Position numbers and translations under genes: made by a program. This document shows positions 1-10,243 of a stretch of DNA of 45,262 bases, piece by piece. Position 1 is the first letter of the stretch; every line of letters begins with the position of its first letter. Under the pieces are notes generated by a model. That model saw only the letters and a list, made by a program, of their open reading frames with translations, did not search any database and was not told the origin of the DNA. The stretch spans positions 1 to 45,262 of the forward strand of contig JBDUAU010000326.1 of NCBI GenBank assembly GCA_040004485.1, read 5' to 3'. This DNA comes from Saprospiraceae bacterium (GTDB lineage: Bacteria; Bacteroidota; Bacteroidia; Chitinophagales; Saprospiraceae).

Positions 1-167
1 TATAACCAATCATTAGGTTCTTGTTCTTCTTTTGAAATATTATTTTCTGATTGGGTATGGATTTGTTGCTTTTTAGTAAATGCGTTTGTTCCTGAAATAA
101 ATTTGATTGAGAATAGGACTAACGACAACAGATAAAATAACGAAAAGAGGAAATGAGATAACTTCAT
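1..167 (-). CDS. hypothetical protein, N-terminal fragment (gene runs off the left edge)
   Basis: ATG at 167-165 (minus strand), open frame to position 1. MKLSHFLFSLFYLLSLVLFSIKFISG resembles a signal peptide or TM segment. Absent from the ORF track because it is truncated. Confidence 0.3.
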   Translation of the reverse strand, partial: MKLSHFLFSLFYLLSLVLFSIKFISGTNAFTKKQQIHTQSENNISKEEQEPNDWL

Positions 168-334
168 ATCTGTAAAAATTTGAACGGCCATTAAAGATAA
201 GTCACCTGCAACAATAGTAACCTCGCAGTTTTGTATACCAGATTGCAAATACGCTTAATTGAAATCGGAAAATGTTAGATTGTTCCATTTGGTGTTTGTT
301 TACACATACTATCAGCGTGATGACATAAATACTC

Positions 335-342
335 TAATTTTG
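335..342 (+). promoter_or_regulatory. Bacteroidota-type -7 promoter box TAATTTTG (TAnnTTTG)
   Basis: Exact TAnnTTTG match 23 nt upstream of the sucB ATG. Confidence 0.4.
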
Positions 343-364
343 TCTTTCAACGCATAAAAGAAAT

Positions 365-1633
365 ATGAGTGTCATAGAAATGAAAGTTCCCGTGATAGGT
401 GAGTCTATCAATGAAGTTACCTTATCATCCTGGTTAAAGCCTGATGGTAGTTTTGTGAAATTAGATGAACCTATATGTGAATTCGAATCAGATAAAGCGA
501 CATTAGAATTTCCTGCTGAGGCTGAAGGAAAGTTGATCCATGTAGCAAAGGAAGGCGATGATCTTAAGATCGGTGCACTTGTAGCCCGTATCGATACAAG
601 TGTGAAATCACCGGATGGGGGCGCTTCTCCTAAAGCTCCAACAAAAGAAAAGATTGAAACCGCACCTGTCGAAAAAGAAAAAACGAAGGAAATATCACAA
701 CAAAAATCTTCTGAAAAGCCTCAGGAAAAAATAGCATCTCCTGCTGCATCGAAAATCATGCGTGAAAGCGCAGTTGATCCTGATGATGTAGAAGGAACCG
801 GTAAAGAAGGACGCATCACAAAATCTGATGCGATGCAAGTGACTTCAGGAAAATCAACTGAAGAAAAAATTTCACAGCCTGCAGCTGAAGAAAAACCAGT
901 TTTAATTCCGGCTAAAGCTCACACTCCATTTCAACGCGAGGAGCATCGGGATAAAATGTCACGAATGCGTCGCACGATAGCCCGACGACTTGTGTCTGCT
1001 AAGAACAATACGGCTATGCTCACCACTTTCAATGAAGTGGACATGACAGGGATCATGGAACTGCGGAAAAAATATCAGGATCAGTTTGTGGCCAAATATG
1101 GAATCAAGCTTGGCTTCATGTCTATTTTTGCAAAAGCATGTGCACAGGCTCTTTTAGAAAAACCTGATGTCAATGCTTTCATTGATGGTGAGGATTTAGT
1201 GTATCATGATTATGTTGATGTTTCGATTGCTATCTCTACTCCCAATGGACTGGTCGTGCCACCGATACACAATGTGGAATCTTTACGATTCGATGAAATA
1301 GAAATTAAAATAAAAGAACTCGCAGATAAAGCACGATTGGGCAAACTGACATTAGAAGAAATGTCCGGTGGAACATTTACGATTACGAATGGAGGTGTGT
1401 TTGGTTCTCTGTTGAGTACACCTATCATCAATGAACCACAGTCTGCAATATTGGGTATGCATAATATTCAGGACAGGCCTGTCGTCATCAACGGACAGAT
1501 CGTGATACGTCCGATGATGTATCTCGCGTTATCCTATGATCATCGTGTGATCGATGGAAGTACGAGTGTTACATTTCTTGTGCGTGTGAAAGAATTGCTT
1601 GAGGATCCAACGAAAATGATTCTGGGTATTTAG
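365..1633 (+). CDS. sucB: 2-oxoglutarate dehydrogenase E2 component (dihydrolipoyllysine-residue succinyltransferase)
   Basis: N-terminal lipoyl domain with the [11 protein letters not shown] lipoyl-lysine motif, a Pro/Lys/Glu linker, and a C-terminal catalytic [10 protein letters not shown] followed by VKELLEDP. Confidence 0.85.
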   Translation: MSVIEMKVPVIGESINEVTLSSWLKPDGSFVKLDEPICEFESDKATLEFPAEAEGKLIHVAKEGDDLKIGALVARIDTSVKSPDGGASPKAPTKEKIETAPVEKEKTKEISQQKSSEKPQEKIASPAASKIMRESAVDPDDVEGTGKEGRITKSDAMQVTSGKSTEEKISQPAAEEKPVLIPAKAHTPFQREEHRDKMSRMRRTIARRLVSAKNNTAMLTTFNEVDMTGIMELRKKYQDQFVAKYGIKLGFMSIFAKACAQALLEKPDVNAFIDGEDLVYHDYVDVSIAISTPNGLVVPPIHNVESLRFDEIEIKIKELADKARLGKLTLEEMSGGTFTITNGGVFGSLLSTPIINEPQSAILGMHNIQDRPVVINGQIVIRPMMYLALSYDHRVIDGSTSVTFLVRVKELLEDPTKMILGI

Positions 1634-1650
1634 CGAAGAGCAGAGGATGA

Positions 1651-1720
1651 GTAACGAATAACGAGTAACGAGTAACGAATAACGAGTAACGAGTAACGAG
1701 TAACGAGTAACGAATAACGA
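1651..1720. repeat. tandem heptamer array, 10 units (GTAACGA / ATAACGA)
   Basis: Read directly from the sequence. Units start at 1651, 1658 ... 1714. The first base follows the pattern G A G G A G G G G A. Confidence 0.95.
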
Positions 1721-1745
1721 GCCTACGGGTTTTTCATTTGTTCCT

Positions 1746-1795
1746 ATAGATAAAATTATTTACTACTATTTTTTATCTATTTGCAATAGATAAAA
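1746..1795. repeat. three copies of the 10-mer ATAGATAAAA (direct, inverted, direct)
   Basis: 1746-1755 ATAGATAAAA; 1771-1780 TTTTATCTAT (reverse complement); 1786-1795 ATAGATAAAA. Confidence 0.85.
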
Positions 1796-1818
1796 AGTCA
1801 TTCAGTAACACTGAATGA
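1789..1818 (-). terminator. intrinsic terminator candidate for the RlpA-like gene
   Basis: 9-bp stem TCATTCAGT/ACTGAATGA (1798-1818) with a 3-nt loop. On the minus strand it is followed by CTTTTTAT. Confidence 0.6.
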
Positions 1819-1849
1819 TAAATCGGAATAATAAAAATTAGAATGGGAA

Positions 1850-2230
1850 TTAGGGGCAAATTAATACCCCGGGGCTTTTAACAAGGCCTACCACCACATC
1901 TGCGATACCCAAGTGCAATATTCCAAGTTCTTTGGCTGCACGTTTTGACAGATCGACAATGCGTCCTTTCACATAGGGTCCCCTATCAACCACCCTGACA
2001 ATCACTGACTGATCAGGGCAATCCTTAAGGGCTATCTTCATTATACTGCCCAAAGGAGCCGTGGGGTGGGCACAAGTAAGTTCGTCAGGATCATATGCAG
2101 CTCCGTTAGCCATCATCTGGCCATCGAAACTATCTGCATAGTAGCTCGCTATTCCCTGTTCCTGAGCAATTGCCTTTTGGCACAGGAAGAGACAAAGCAT
2201 AAGTATGCCAGATATGATATGGGACTTCAT
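1850..2230 (-). CDS. rlpA: septal ring lytic transglycosylase RlpA-family protein (DPBB domain)
   Basis: Signal peptide MKSHIISGILMLCLFLCQKAIA, then GIASYYADSFDGQMMANG...CAHPTAPLG...VRVVDRGPY. Start trimmed to the ATG at 2230; the longer ORF overlaps hppA. Confidence 0.8.
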   Translation of the reverse strand: MKSHIISGILMLCLFLCQKAIAQEQGIASYYADSFDGQMMANGAAYDPDELTCAHPTAPLGSIMKIALKDCPDQSVIVRVVDRGPYVKGRIVDLSKRAAKELGILHLGIADVVVGLVKSPGVLICP

Positions 2231-2345
2231 TACAGACCTATAAACGAGCTTAATGGCCTGAAGTTCAATGGAATCCAAGAAATATATAAGAAATAAGCTA
2301 TGTATATATGTAAGTCCACTGAGAACCAGCGGTCTGAGCTTAAAC

Positions 2346-4742
2346 TTATTTTGAAGTGAATTGAAGCTCAACCTCAGTAGTGCCACGTAAAAGAGGTAAA
2401 TATTTAGCTGCATCCTGATCCTCCAGGGTAGTATCGCCAACTTTTATATGGCCGTTTTTCACTACCACTGTGGTAGTTCCAGGGTCAAAGTATCCATCCG
2501 AATCCAGTGCTGCGAGGAAATCCGAATAGGGTGCATTTTTGATTAAATCAGGATCCTGAGTTTGAATGCCGTTTTCCAGATGTGTATTTTCTCCAACGTT
2601 GTTTTCCATGCCATGATTACCGATCAATGCAAGCGAAGGTGCTATCACAAGCGAAACGATCGACATCAATTTGATCAGGATATTCATAGACGGTCCAGAG
2701 GTGTCTTTAAAAGGATCACCTACAGTGTCTCCTGTAACAGAAGCTTTGTGTGGTTCACTTTTTTTGTAATACATCACACCGTTGATGCTGACTCCTTTTT
2801 CAAAACTCTTCTTCGCATTGTCCCATGCACCTCCTGCATTGTTTTGAAATAACCCCATAAGAACACCACTGACTGTGGCACCCGCAAGGAATCCACCGAG
2901 TGCCTCTGGTCCTGCCACAAATCCTATGATGACCGGAGAACTGATAGCAATAGCTCCGGGCAACATCATTTTGCGGATTGAAGCTTTTGTAGAAATGGCT
3001 ACGCATTTATCGTATTCAGGTTTTCCTGTTCCTTCCATGATGCCGGGGATCTCGCGAAATTGCCGACGAACTTCTTCAACCATGGCCATTGCTGCTTCCC
3101 CCACTGCTCTGATGGCTAATGATGAAAAAAGAAATGGAACCATGCCTCCAATAAATAAACACGCAAGCACATCTGCCTTATAAATATCAATGCCGTGAAT
3201 ACCAGCGACACCAACAAAAGCGGCGAAGAGTGCTAAAGAGGTTAATGCTGCAGATGCAATAGCAAATCCTTTTCCGGTAGCTGCAGTGGTATTGCCGACT
3301 GCATCAAGAATATCAGTTTTCTCCCGTACATCGGCAGGCAGTTCACTCATCTCTGCAATTCCTCCTGCATTATCTGCAATAGGACCGAATGCATCGATGG
3401 CAAGTTGCATAGCTGTAGTGGCCATCATCCCTGCTGCTGCAATCGCAACGCCGTACAATCCAGCACACATATAGCTACCCCAGATGCCTGCTGCTAAGAC
3501 CATGACAGGAAGAAAAGTGCTTTCCATTCCGACAGAAAGTCCTCCGATGATATTAGTAGCATGTCCGGTGGATGATTGCTGAATGATAAATCTTACAGGT
3601 TTTTTATTCATAGCTGTATAGTACTCTGTGATCATGCTGATGAGTGTTCCGACGACGAGACCTACAATGATGGCTCCTAATACACCCCACTTTGTAAATG
3701 CATGTCCACGCAATTCCATATTTTCAGGAAGGATATAATAAACCAATGCAGCAGAGGCTAATCCCGTAAGAATAATTGAACCCCAGTTTCCCATATTGAG
3801 CGCTTTCTGAACGGTCGCTGTGCTTAATTCCGCTGTCTCGCTTATTTTCACAAACATGGTTGCGACAATTGAAAATAAGATTCCCACACCTGCAATCAAC
3901 ATTGGCAAAAGAATGGGAGACAGTCCGCCTAAGCCATCGTCACCAGTTACAATTGTTTGTTGGCCAAGTACTATAGTAGCAAGTACTGTTGCCACATAAG
4001 AACCAAATAGATCTGCTCCCATACCGGCTACATCACCTACATTATCGCCTACATTGTCAGCGATTGTAGCCGGATTACGAGGATCATCTTCCGGAATTCC
4101 GGCTTCTACTTTACCTACGAGATCTGCACCTACATCGGCTGCTTTTGTATAGATACCTCCTCCCACCCTGGCAAATAAAGCTATGCTCTCTGCGCCAAGG
4201 GAAAATCCTGTAAGAACCTCAATGGCCTTAAGCATTTCCGGACCATTGACGGGCATGCCGTCTGCAAATATTTGTTTGAGAATTATAAATAAGCCACCTA
4301 TTCCCATGACGGCGAGGCCTGCGACACCCATGCCCATTACGGAACCCCCGGTAAACGATACTTTGAGGGCCCTGCTTAAGCTGGTGCGGGCAGCCTGGGA
4401 GGTGCGGACATTAGCTTTGGTTGCTACTTTCATTCCGATGTAACCTGCCGTGGCACTTAAAACAGCGCCCATGACAAAAGCTATGGCAATGCTCCAATGA
4501 CTGTTGGGATTTGAAGAGGCCATAACCGCCAGTAAAATTCCGACCAGGACCACAAAATAGCCCAGGATCTTCCATTCTGCTCTGAGAAAAGCCATAGCGC
4601 CTTCAGCTATATAATTGCTTATCTCTTTCATGCGATCATTACCTGCATCCTGTCTAGCTACCCAATTAAATTTGATAAAAGTGTAGATCAACCCTATTGC
4701 CCCCATCACAGGAACCAGATATATCAGCTTATCCATAGTCAT
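2346..4742 (-). CDS. hppA: membrane-bound pyrophosphatase (K+-dependent subfamily), with a ~90-aa C-terminal tail
   Basis: Motifs [42 protein letters not shown] and [14 protein letters not shown], with many TM segments. GNTTAA (Ala, not Lys) marks the K+-dependent type. Confidence 0.95.
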   Translation of the reverse strand: MTMDKLIYLVPVMGAIGLIYTFIKFNWVARQDAGNDRMKEISNYIAEGAMAFLRAEWKILGYFVVLVGILLAVMASSNPNSHWSIAIAFVMGAVLSATAGYIGMKVATKANVRTSQAARTSLSRALKVSFTGGSVMGMGVAGLAVMGIGGLFIILKQIFADGMPVNGPEMLKAIEVLTGFSLGAESIALFARVGGGIYTKAADVGADLVGKVEAGIPEDDPRNPATIADNVGDNVGDVAGMGADLFGSYVATVLATIVLGQQTIVTGDDGLGGLSPILLPMLIAGVGILFSIVATMFVKISETAELSTATVQKALNMGNWGSIILTGLASAALVYYILPENMELRGHAFTKWGVLGAIIVGLVVGTLISMITEYYTAMNKKPVRFIIQQSSTGHATNIIGGLSVGMESTFLPVMVLAAGIWGSYMCAGLYGVAIAAAGMMATTAMQLAIDAFGPIADNAGGIAEMSELPADVREKTDILDAVGNTTAATGKGFAIASAALTSLALFAAFVGVAGIHGIDIYKADVLACLFIGGMVPFLFSSLAIRAVGEAAMAMVEEVRRQFREIPGIMEGTGKPEYDKCVAISTKASIRKMMLPGAIAISSPVIIGFVAGPEALGGFLAGATVSGVLMGLFQNNAGGAWDNAKKSFEKGVSINGVMYYKKSEPHKASVTGDTVGDPFKDTSGPSMNILIKLMSIVSLVIAPSLALIGNHGMENNVGENTHLENGIQTQDPDLIKNAPYSDFLAALDSDGYFDPGTTTVVVKNGHIKVGDTTLEDQDAAKYLPLLRGTTEVELQFTSK

Positions 4743-4776
4743 ATTTCGTTCAGTTGTTTGCCTTAAAAAAGGGGTG

Positions 4777-4784
4777 CAAAGATA
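4777..4784 (-). promoter_or_regulatory. -7 promoter box TATCTTTG (minus strand)
   Basis: Plus strand reads CAAAGATA, which is TAnnTTTG on the minus strand, ~35 nt upstream of the hppA ATG. Confidence 0.4.
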
Positions 4785-4938
4785 AACAAAGAACCCTAAA
4801 AATATTTGCGATCCACAATAACCTCCCTGACCCGGAAAGAAGGAATAATTTGAAAGATTTTAAGCTGTTTAGAATGTGTATAGCATTTTATTTCAGGCTG
4901 ACACCTATTTAATACCTTGTGATAAATAAAATTGAATT

Positions 4939-5442
4939 ATGACCCTTGGTGAATTCTTCCAATGGACAGCACTGCATCCGGCATTTTTGCTTGTATACTT
5001 TGTCGGTGTCCCTTTGATCGCATTGCTGGCAGGTGTATTCAGTGGAGGAGAAGGTCATTTATCGCCCTGGAAGTATCTGTACTCCACTCTGATTTACCTA
5101 GTTTCATTGCCCGGCATTTTTGCAGTTACGCTTAGTATTTACTTTTTCCTTTTTGAGCGAAGATCAATCCTCGATATGAATCTATTCACACAAGTATTGC
5201 CAGTGATTTCAATGGCCGCGACAGTACTGATCATCAGAAAGCAGGTTAATCTGGATCTGATACCGGGCTTTGATAAACTATCCGGATTGATCCTCATCCT
5301 TGCAGCTCTGATATGTGTGATGTGGATCATAGATAAGACCCAAATTTATTCGATCACTTTTATGCCCTTTTATATAGTCATTTTAATCCTTCTTGCTGGA
5401 TTTTTTGTTGTACGCATGGGCTTGAGGAAACTAACCAGATAA
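4939..5442 (+). CDS. hypothetical integral membrane protein
   Basis: 167 aa with 4-5 hydrophobic helices. No recognisable motif. Confidence 0.5.
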   Translation: MTLGEFFQWTALHPAFLLVYFVGVPLIALLAGVFSGGEGHLSPWKYLYSTLIYLVSLPGIFAVTLSIYFFLFERRSILDMNLFTQVLPVISMAATVLIIRKQVNLDLIPGFDKLSGLILILAALICVMWIIDKTQIYSITFMPFYIVILILLAGFFVVRMGLRKLTR

Positions 5443-5550
5443 TTGAATATAGATAAATTCAAACAGAGACCTTAACTTAGTGACGTTGCATTCCTCCTGT
5501 CTTCCTCTTTAATTTAATTAAAACCACTTACTTACATCAAAATCATTGAC

Positions 5551-7266
5551 ATGATGAGGATTCTTCTATTATCTGTTTTTCTTCTCCTTACTTCGAAGTC
5601 TTTTACCCAGCCCACTGTTGTATTTAACACAGTGATTCAACCGGGCGTGTTATTTAATCCAGTAGACATTACGGGAGCAGGTGATGGGTCAGGCCGCCTA
5701 TTTGTGGTTGAGAAAAGAGGAGACGTGCGGATTATTGTGAACAACACTGTTCAGCCCGGATTTTTTCTTGATATACGTGATTCTGTTGAAACCAATGGTG
5801 AGCGTGGCCTTCTCGGAATTGCCTTTCACCCGGCATATCCGGACAGCCCTTATGTCTTTGTCAATTATGTAAAAAAGGGAACCGTCATAACGCAGATATG
5901 CAGATTTACACTTAATCCGAATAATCCTAATGATCTGGAAGAAACAAGTCAGAAAATCTTAATCAGTCAGGCCGGTATTCAAAGTAATCATAAGGCAGGT
6001 GACCTTGCTTTTGGGCCTGATGGATACCTGTATTTCGGAATGGGTGATGGTGGTGGTGGTGGTGATCCAGGCGAAAACGGACAGAACATCAATTCATTAC
6101 TGGCTAAAATATTGAGACTTGATATCAATATAGGCGTCCCGCCCTATTTTGCTTATCCACCTGATAACCCATTTGTAGGGGTAGCCGGCAATGATGCCAT
6201 ATGGGCTTATGGGATGCGGAATCCCTGGCGAATATCTTTTGATCGTGTCACCGGTGATTTCTGGATTGGCGATGTGGGCCAGGATTTGTGGGAGGAGGTA
6301 GATTTTGTTTATGCGGGAACACCTGGTGGAATGAATTTTGGCTGGGACTGCAGGGAAGGAAACCATGTATATGAAAACACGGGTTGTCCAGGTGAAAGCG
6401 CGTTTACCTATCCGATATTTGAATATCCGCACACGTGCGACCCACCGTGTAATACCGGAGACGGAAGTTCGATGACAGGTGGATTTGTGTACAGGGGTTC
6501 AATGTATCCTGTTTTATATGGTTACTATGTTTTCGCAGATTATGGAAGTAATAATGTCTGGACGCTCAAACAAACAGGTTTTGGTAACCCGCCGACATTC
6601 AGCTTTATTCTACAAACAAATACCGGTATAAGCGCTGTAGAGTCTTTCGGTGAAGCTGACAATGGTGAATTATATGCTTTGAGTTATGGCGGTTCCGTTT
6701 ATTCGATCAGCGCCACAGGAACGCTTGATGTGGGATGGACAAAAATAAAGGCTACTGCATCTCACCAGGGTAATAAGATAGAATGGACACTTGACGCCAT
6801 TTTTGGAATAAATCATTTCCAGGTTCAACGATCTTATTTTGCGGATTTTAATCAATATGTCAATGTAGCGGAAGTAGCACCGGATCCTGATGAAATTAAT
6901 TATCATTATAACGATCCATTTATAACTTCATCCGGAAGTTATTACAGGATAGCTGCTCATCTTGATGACGGTTCAGTTGAATATTCACCTGTGGCCCATA
7001 TTCTTCCTGATCCAAAAACAAAACCTGAACTCACATTTGATTTTAATAATAACCGATGGAGGATCAGTGTTCCGGAAAATTGGCAGAATAGTGATTTGAT
7101 ACTATATGACCTGCAAGGCAAAATTGTGTACAATAAAAAAACTACTACAGGTCCATTGTTTGATTTGCCTTCACCTGATATGCCCGGTTGTTATTTCATT
7201 ATGATCCGGGGGAGTGAAGGAATATGGTCAGACCGTATCGTGGCCTCGCCGACAAAACCCAATTAA
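5551..7266 (+). CDS. PQQ-dependent sugar (glucose/sorbosone) dehydrogenase family protein with a T9SS C-terminal sorting domain
   Basis: Signal peptide. Beta-propeller motifs ERGLLGIAFHP, HKAGDLAFGPDGYLYFGMGDGGGGGDP and RNPWRISFD. C-terminal LILYDLQGKIV...GCYFIMIRG is T9SS-CTD-like. Confidence 0.75.
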   Translation: MMRILLLSVFLLLTSKSFTQPTVVFNTVIQPGVLFNPVDITGAGDGSGRLFVVEKRGDVRIIVNNTVQPGFFLDIRDSVETNGERGLLGIAFHPAYPDSPYVFVNYVKKGTVITQICRFTLNPNNPNDLEETSQKILISQAGIQSNHKAGDLAFGPDGYLYFGMGDGGGGGDPGENGQNINSLLAKILRLDINIGVPPYFAYPPDNPFVGVAGNDAIWAYGMRNPWRISFDRVTGDFWIGDVGQDLWEEVDFVYAGTPGGMNFGWDCREGNHVYENTGCPGESAFTYPIFEYPHTCDPPCNTGDGSSMTGGFVYRGSMYPVLYGYYVFADYGSNNVWTLKQTGFGNPPTFSFILQTNTGISAVESFGEADNGELYALSYGGSVYSISATGTLDVGWTKIKATASHQGNKIEWTLDAIFGINHFQVQRSYFADFNQYVNVAEVAPDPDEINYHYNDPFITSSGSYYRIAAHLDDGSVEYSPVAHILPDPKTKPELTFDFNNNRWRISVPENWQNSDLILYDLQGKIVYNKKTTTGPLFDLPSPDMPGCYFIMIRGSEGIWSDRIVASPTKPN

Positions 7267-7293
7267 CAACTTTATTTAATTGCTTTTAAAATA

Positions 7294-8256
7294 ATGTTGT
7301 TCGTAGTAAGAAACTACGGACAACATTATTTTTATATTGTCCTCACGATGGCCACTTCTATCGAATTGTATACTGATTTCTATGCGGACTGTGCTCATCC
7401 GGATCTGTATGCAGCTCCATGGTGGTTAGATGCAGTCTGTGGAGAAGGTAGGTGGGAGGCTATACAGCTTGTCACAAAACGTGATCAGACGACAGCTTTC
7501 ATTCCATTTTACAAAACGCATATACGCAGACTATCGGCATTGATCACGCCTGCGCTGACACAATGGATTCCGATTGTTGCAAAAGAAGATTCTCATGATT
7601 TTTCAATTGATGATTTTTTGGAAACATTGCCTCCATGTTCAATCCTTGATCTCACAATGAAGCCCGGCAAAAATCCAATTTTATCTTCGCCGGCTTATCA
7701 TGTCAATTTTAAGTATAGTTATGTCATTCCGTATCGTGGATTGAATGATCAACTCAAATTAAACTACAACGAAGGGCTAAGACGCAACCTTAGAGAGGCA
7801 GAAAAAAACTATTCTATCGTTGCCTCAGATGATATTCAAACTTTTGTGCACCTATGTAAGTCTTCCTATCGCAATCGTAAGTTGAAACCGCCATTCTGGC
7901 TTGATCAAATCGTACCTGCTGCAGTAGGTGCGTTGAAAAAAAACGGATCGGGCGTCATTAATCTGGCTTTTCATCATGGGGCGGTGATAGCGGGTATTCT
8001 GACAGGATGGGATACGCGTACAACTTATTATCTGACGGGGGGACGTAATGGTGACGAACAGGGAGCTTCTGCCCATGCATTGCTTTTAGACCATGTGATC
8101 AATCAAGCTCACGGAAGAGGCCACTCGTTCGATTTTGAGGGCAGCATGCATCCGGGCATTGCCAATTTTTTCCAATCTTTTGGAGCAACTCCAGAGCCTT
8201 ATCTGCAAATCAGAAAATTCAGCGGAATGGGCAGGATATGGTCATTTTTCCATTAA
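7294..8256 (+). CDS. hypothetical protein, FemAB/GNAT-like (Acetyltransf_6-like) fold suspected
   Basis: Long ORF with coding-like composition. The C-terminal half (YYLTGGRNGDEQGASAHALLLDHVINQA) resembles FemAB/BioF2-like acyltransferases. The start may instead be the ATG at 7345. Confidence 0.4.
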   Translation: MLFVVRNYGQHYFYIVLTMATSIELYTDFYADCAHPDLYAAPWWLDAVCGEGRWEAIQLVTKRDQTTAFIPFYKTHIRRLSALITPALTQWIPIVAKEDSHDFSIDDFLETLPPCSILDLTMKPGKNPILSSPAYHVNFKYSYVIPYRGLNDQLKLNYNEGLRRNLREAEKNYSIVASDDIQTFVHLCKSSYRNRKLKPPFWLDQIVPAAVGALKKNGSGVINLAFHHGAVIAGILTGWDTRTTYYLTGGRNGDEQGASAHALLLDHVINQAHGRGHSFDFEGSMHPGIANFFQSFGATPEPYLQIRKFSGMGRIWSFFH

Positions 8257-8410
8257 TATTATTTGATATAAAATCTCCTGAGGCAACTAAATTATTTTTT
8301 CTTGTATCTTTCTTCCTGTTACCCTCTGCCCTAGATTTCTTCCCGGGAATATCCCTATCTACACATCACTTTGGTTTATTGACATTTCTTAGCATTAAAA
8401 GGAATTGAAT

Positions 8411-10204
8411 ATGAAAAAAATGTTCCTGTTTTTAAGCTTGTGTATTTATTCATTACCCAGCCCATTGGTGGGCCAGGTCATACTGGGAGGTGATACCAGC
8501 CAGCACATTAAAGTAACAACAAGCAGTAACTATCTTCCCCAATATTGGACACTGGCTGCCACAGGGGATAAGACTATCAATGGTGTCGGGCTTGAAGGAC
8601 CTTTGATGGAGGTCTCCCGTTTTCTTTCACAGGCTACATTAGGTGCGGATCTTGAGACTATAAAAAAAGTTGCTAACCAGGGAATCGAGAGCTGGATCAA
8701 TGAACAGATAGATGTACCACCAAGTCAAACACTGGCTACGATGAAAGAGGTTTTTTCAGAAATTGTCGAGTGGTATTTTCTTAATGGCGGAGATCCTGAA
8801 GATGTACTTACACGTCCAAACTGGGTCACCTTCAATTATACCTGGTGGGAGAATCATATGCATTCAAAGGATCTCCTTCGCCAGCGTGTTGCTTTTGCTC
8901 TTAGTGAAATCTATGTGATATCCCTCGACTCTGATCTTTCAGGCCAGGGCTATGGGCTGGCAGATTATTATGATGTGCTGCTCAAACATGCTTTTGGCAA
9001 TTTTGAAGATATGCTCTATGAAATAACCCTTCATCCCTGCATGGGTTTTTATCTGAGCCATCTCAATAATCCCCGTGAAATACCGGAAGAAAATATTCAC
9101 TCAGATGAAAATTATGCCCGCGAGGTAATGCAGTTATTCACTGTGGGCCTTTTTCAGTTGAACCAGGATGGCACACGTAAGACAGACGTACAAGGCAATT
9201 GGATACCTACATACGGACAGGCAGATATTAAAGAGCTGGCTAAGGTTTTTACCGGACTAGGTGTGGGTGGTGTAGTGGAAAATGAATATGTGACTGATCC
9301 TTATTTCGGTCTTGACATTTATGTAGCGGACATGGCCAGACCAATGATCATGTATGAAGAATGGCATCAGCCGGGTACGAAAAAAATGCTGGACGGATAT
9401 GTTATCCCTGCCGGACAGACCGGATTAAAAGACATTAAAGATGCGATTCACCGGTTGGCTCTGCATCCGAATGTTGGTCCTTTTGTAGGGAAGCAATTGA
9501 TACAACGGTTAGTGACTTCTAATCCTACACCTGCTTATGTAGCAAGAATTGCTGCTGTATTTGCGGATAACGGGCATCACGTACGTGGCGATATGTCAGC
9601 CGTGATCAAAGCTATACTGCTGGATCCTGAAGCAAGGACATGTCTGAGTTTGGAGAATCCGAATTTTGGAAAATTAACTGAACCTTTTTTAAGGTATACT
9701 CAATTTACCAAAGCTATTCCAATGGAGCAATATTATGGACGCTATTGGAATGTCGCCTATGGATTTTATGAAGCTACCGGGCAAAATCCTTTAGGATCAC
9801 GGACCGTGTTTGGTTTTTATTTACCGGACTATCAGCCTCTTGGTCCTATTTCAGAAAATGGTCTTGTGGGACCTGAGTTTCAAATCCATAATTCACGCAC
9901 CTCCATAGAATATATGAATCAGGCCAATGCATGGACAGTATGGGGTTATGTGATGGATGATTGGGAAAAAGATAATCCGCATGTCACGTATGATCTTGAT
10001 GAGTTAAAATCTTTGGCCAGAGACCCCGAGGCGCTGGTCAATCGTCTTGATATGCTCTTCACACATGGTAGTTTATCTCAATACACAAGAGATTTAATCA
10101 AGGAGGCTATAACGCCATTTATTGAAAACGATTACAGGCAGGACAGGGTACGTCTTGCAATGTACCTTATGATGGTTTCTCCGGACTATACTATCATGAA
10201 ATAA
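8411..10204 (+). CDS. DUF1800 domain-containing secreted protein
   Basis: Signal peptide and a family-typical architecture, directly upstream of a DUF1501 gene (the classic pair). The track start at 8405 is TTG; the ATG at 8411 is preferred. Confidence 0.65.
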   Translation: MKKMFLFLSLCIYSLPSPLVGQVILGGDTSQHIKVTTSSNYLPQYWTLAATGDKTINGVGLEGPLMEVSRFLSQATLGADLETIKKVANQGIESWINEQIDVPPSQTLATMKEVFSEIVEWYFLNGGDPEDVLTRPNWVTFNYTWWENHMHSKDLLRQRVAFALSEIYVISLDSDLSGQGYGLADYYDVLLKHAFGNFEDMLYEITLHPCMGFYLSHLNNPREIPEENIHSDENYAREVMQLFTVGLFQLNQDGTRKTDVQGNWIPTYGQADIKELAKVFTGLGVGGVVENEYVTDPYFGLDIYVADMARPMIMYEEWHQPGTKKMLDGYVIPAGQTGLKDIKDAIHRLALHPNVGPFVGKQLIQRLVTSNPTPAYVARIAAVFADNGHHVRGDMSAVIKAILLDPEARTCLSLENPNFGKLTEPFLRYTQFTKAIPMEQYYGRYWNVAYGFYEATGQNPLGSRTVFGFYLPDYQPLGPISENGLVGPEFQIHNSRTSIEYMNQANAWTVWGYVMDDWEKDNPHVTYDLDELKSLARDPEALVNRLDMLFTHGSLSQYTRDLIKEAITPFIENDYRQDRVRLAMYLMMVSPDYTIMK

Positions 10205-10243
10205 CCAGATCATATTATCCTATCAATCTGACATCGACTGATC

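Noticed and set aside
2231-2440. 5-prime extension of the RlpA-like ORF overlapping the hppA 3-prime end
   Set aside because: The internal ATG at 2230 is followed immediately by a signal peptide. The extension would overlap hppA by 95 nt and has no protein-like features.
2562-4443. Plus-strand ORFs antisense to hppA (2562-2852, 2875-3183, 3286-3474, 4183-4443) and the minus-strand out-of-frame ORF 2800-3006
   Set aside because: They lie within a strongly conserved M-PPase gene (opposite strand or alternate frame). They are Pro/Ala/Ser/Arg-rich, as expected from reading a GC-rich-third-position gene out of its frame, and have no motifs.
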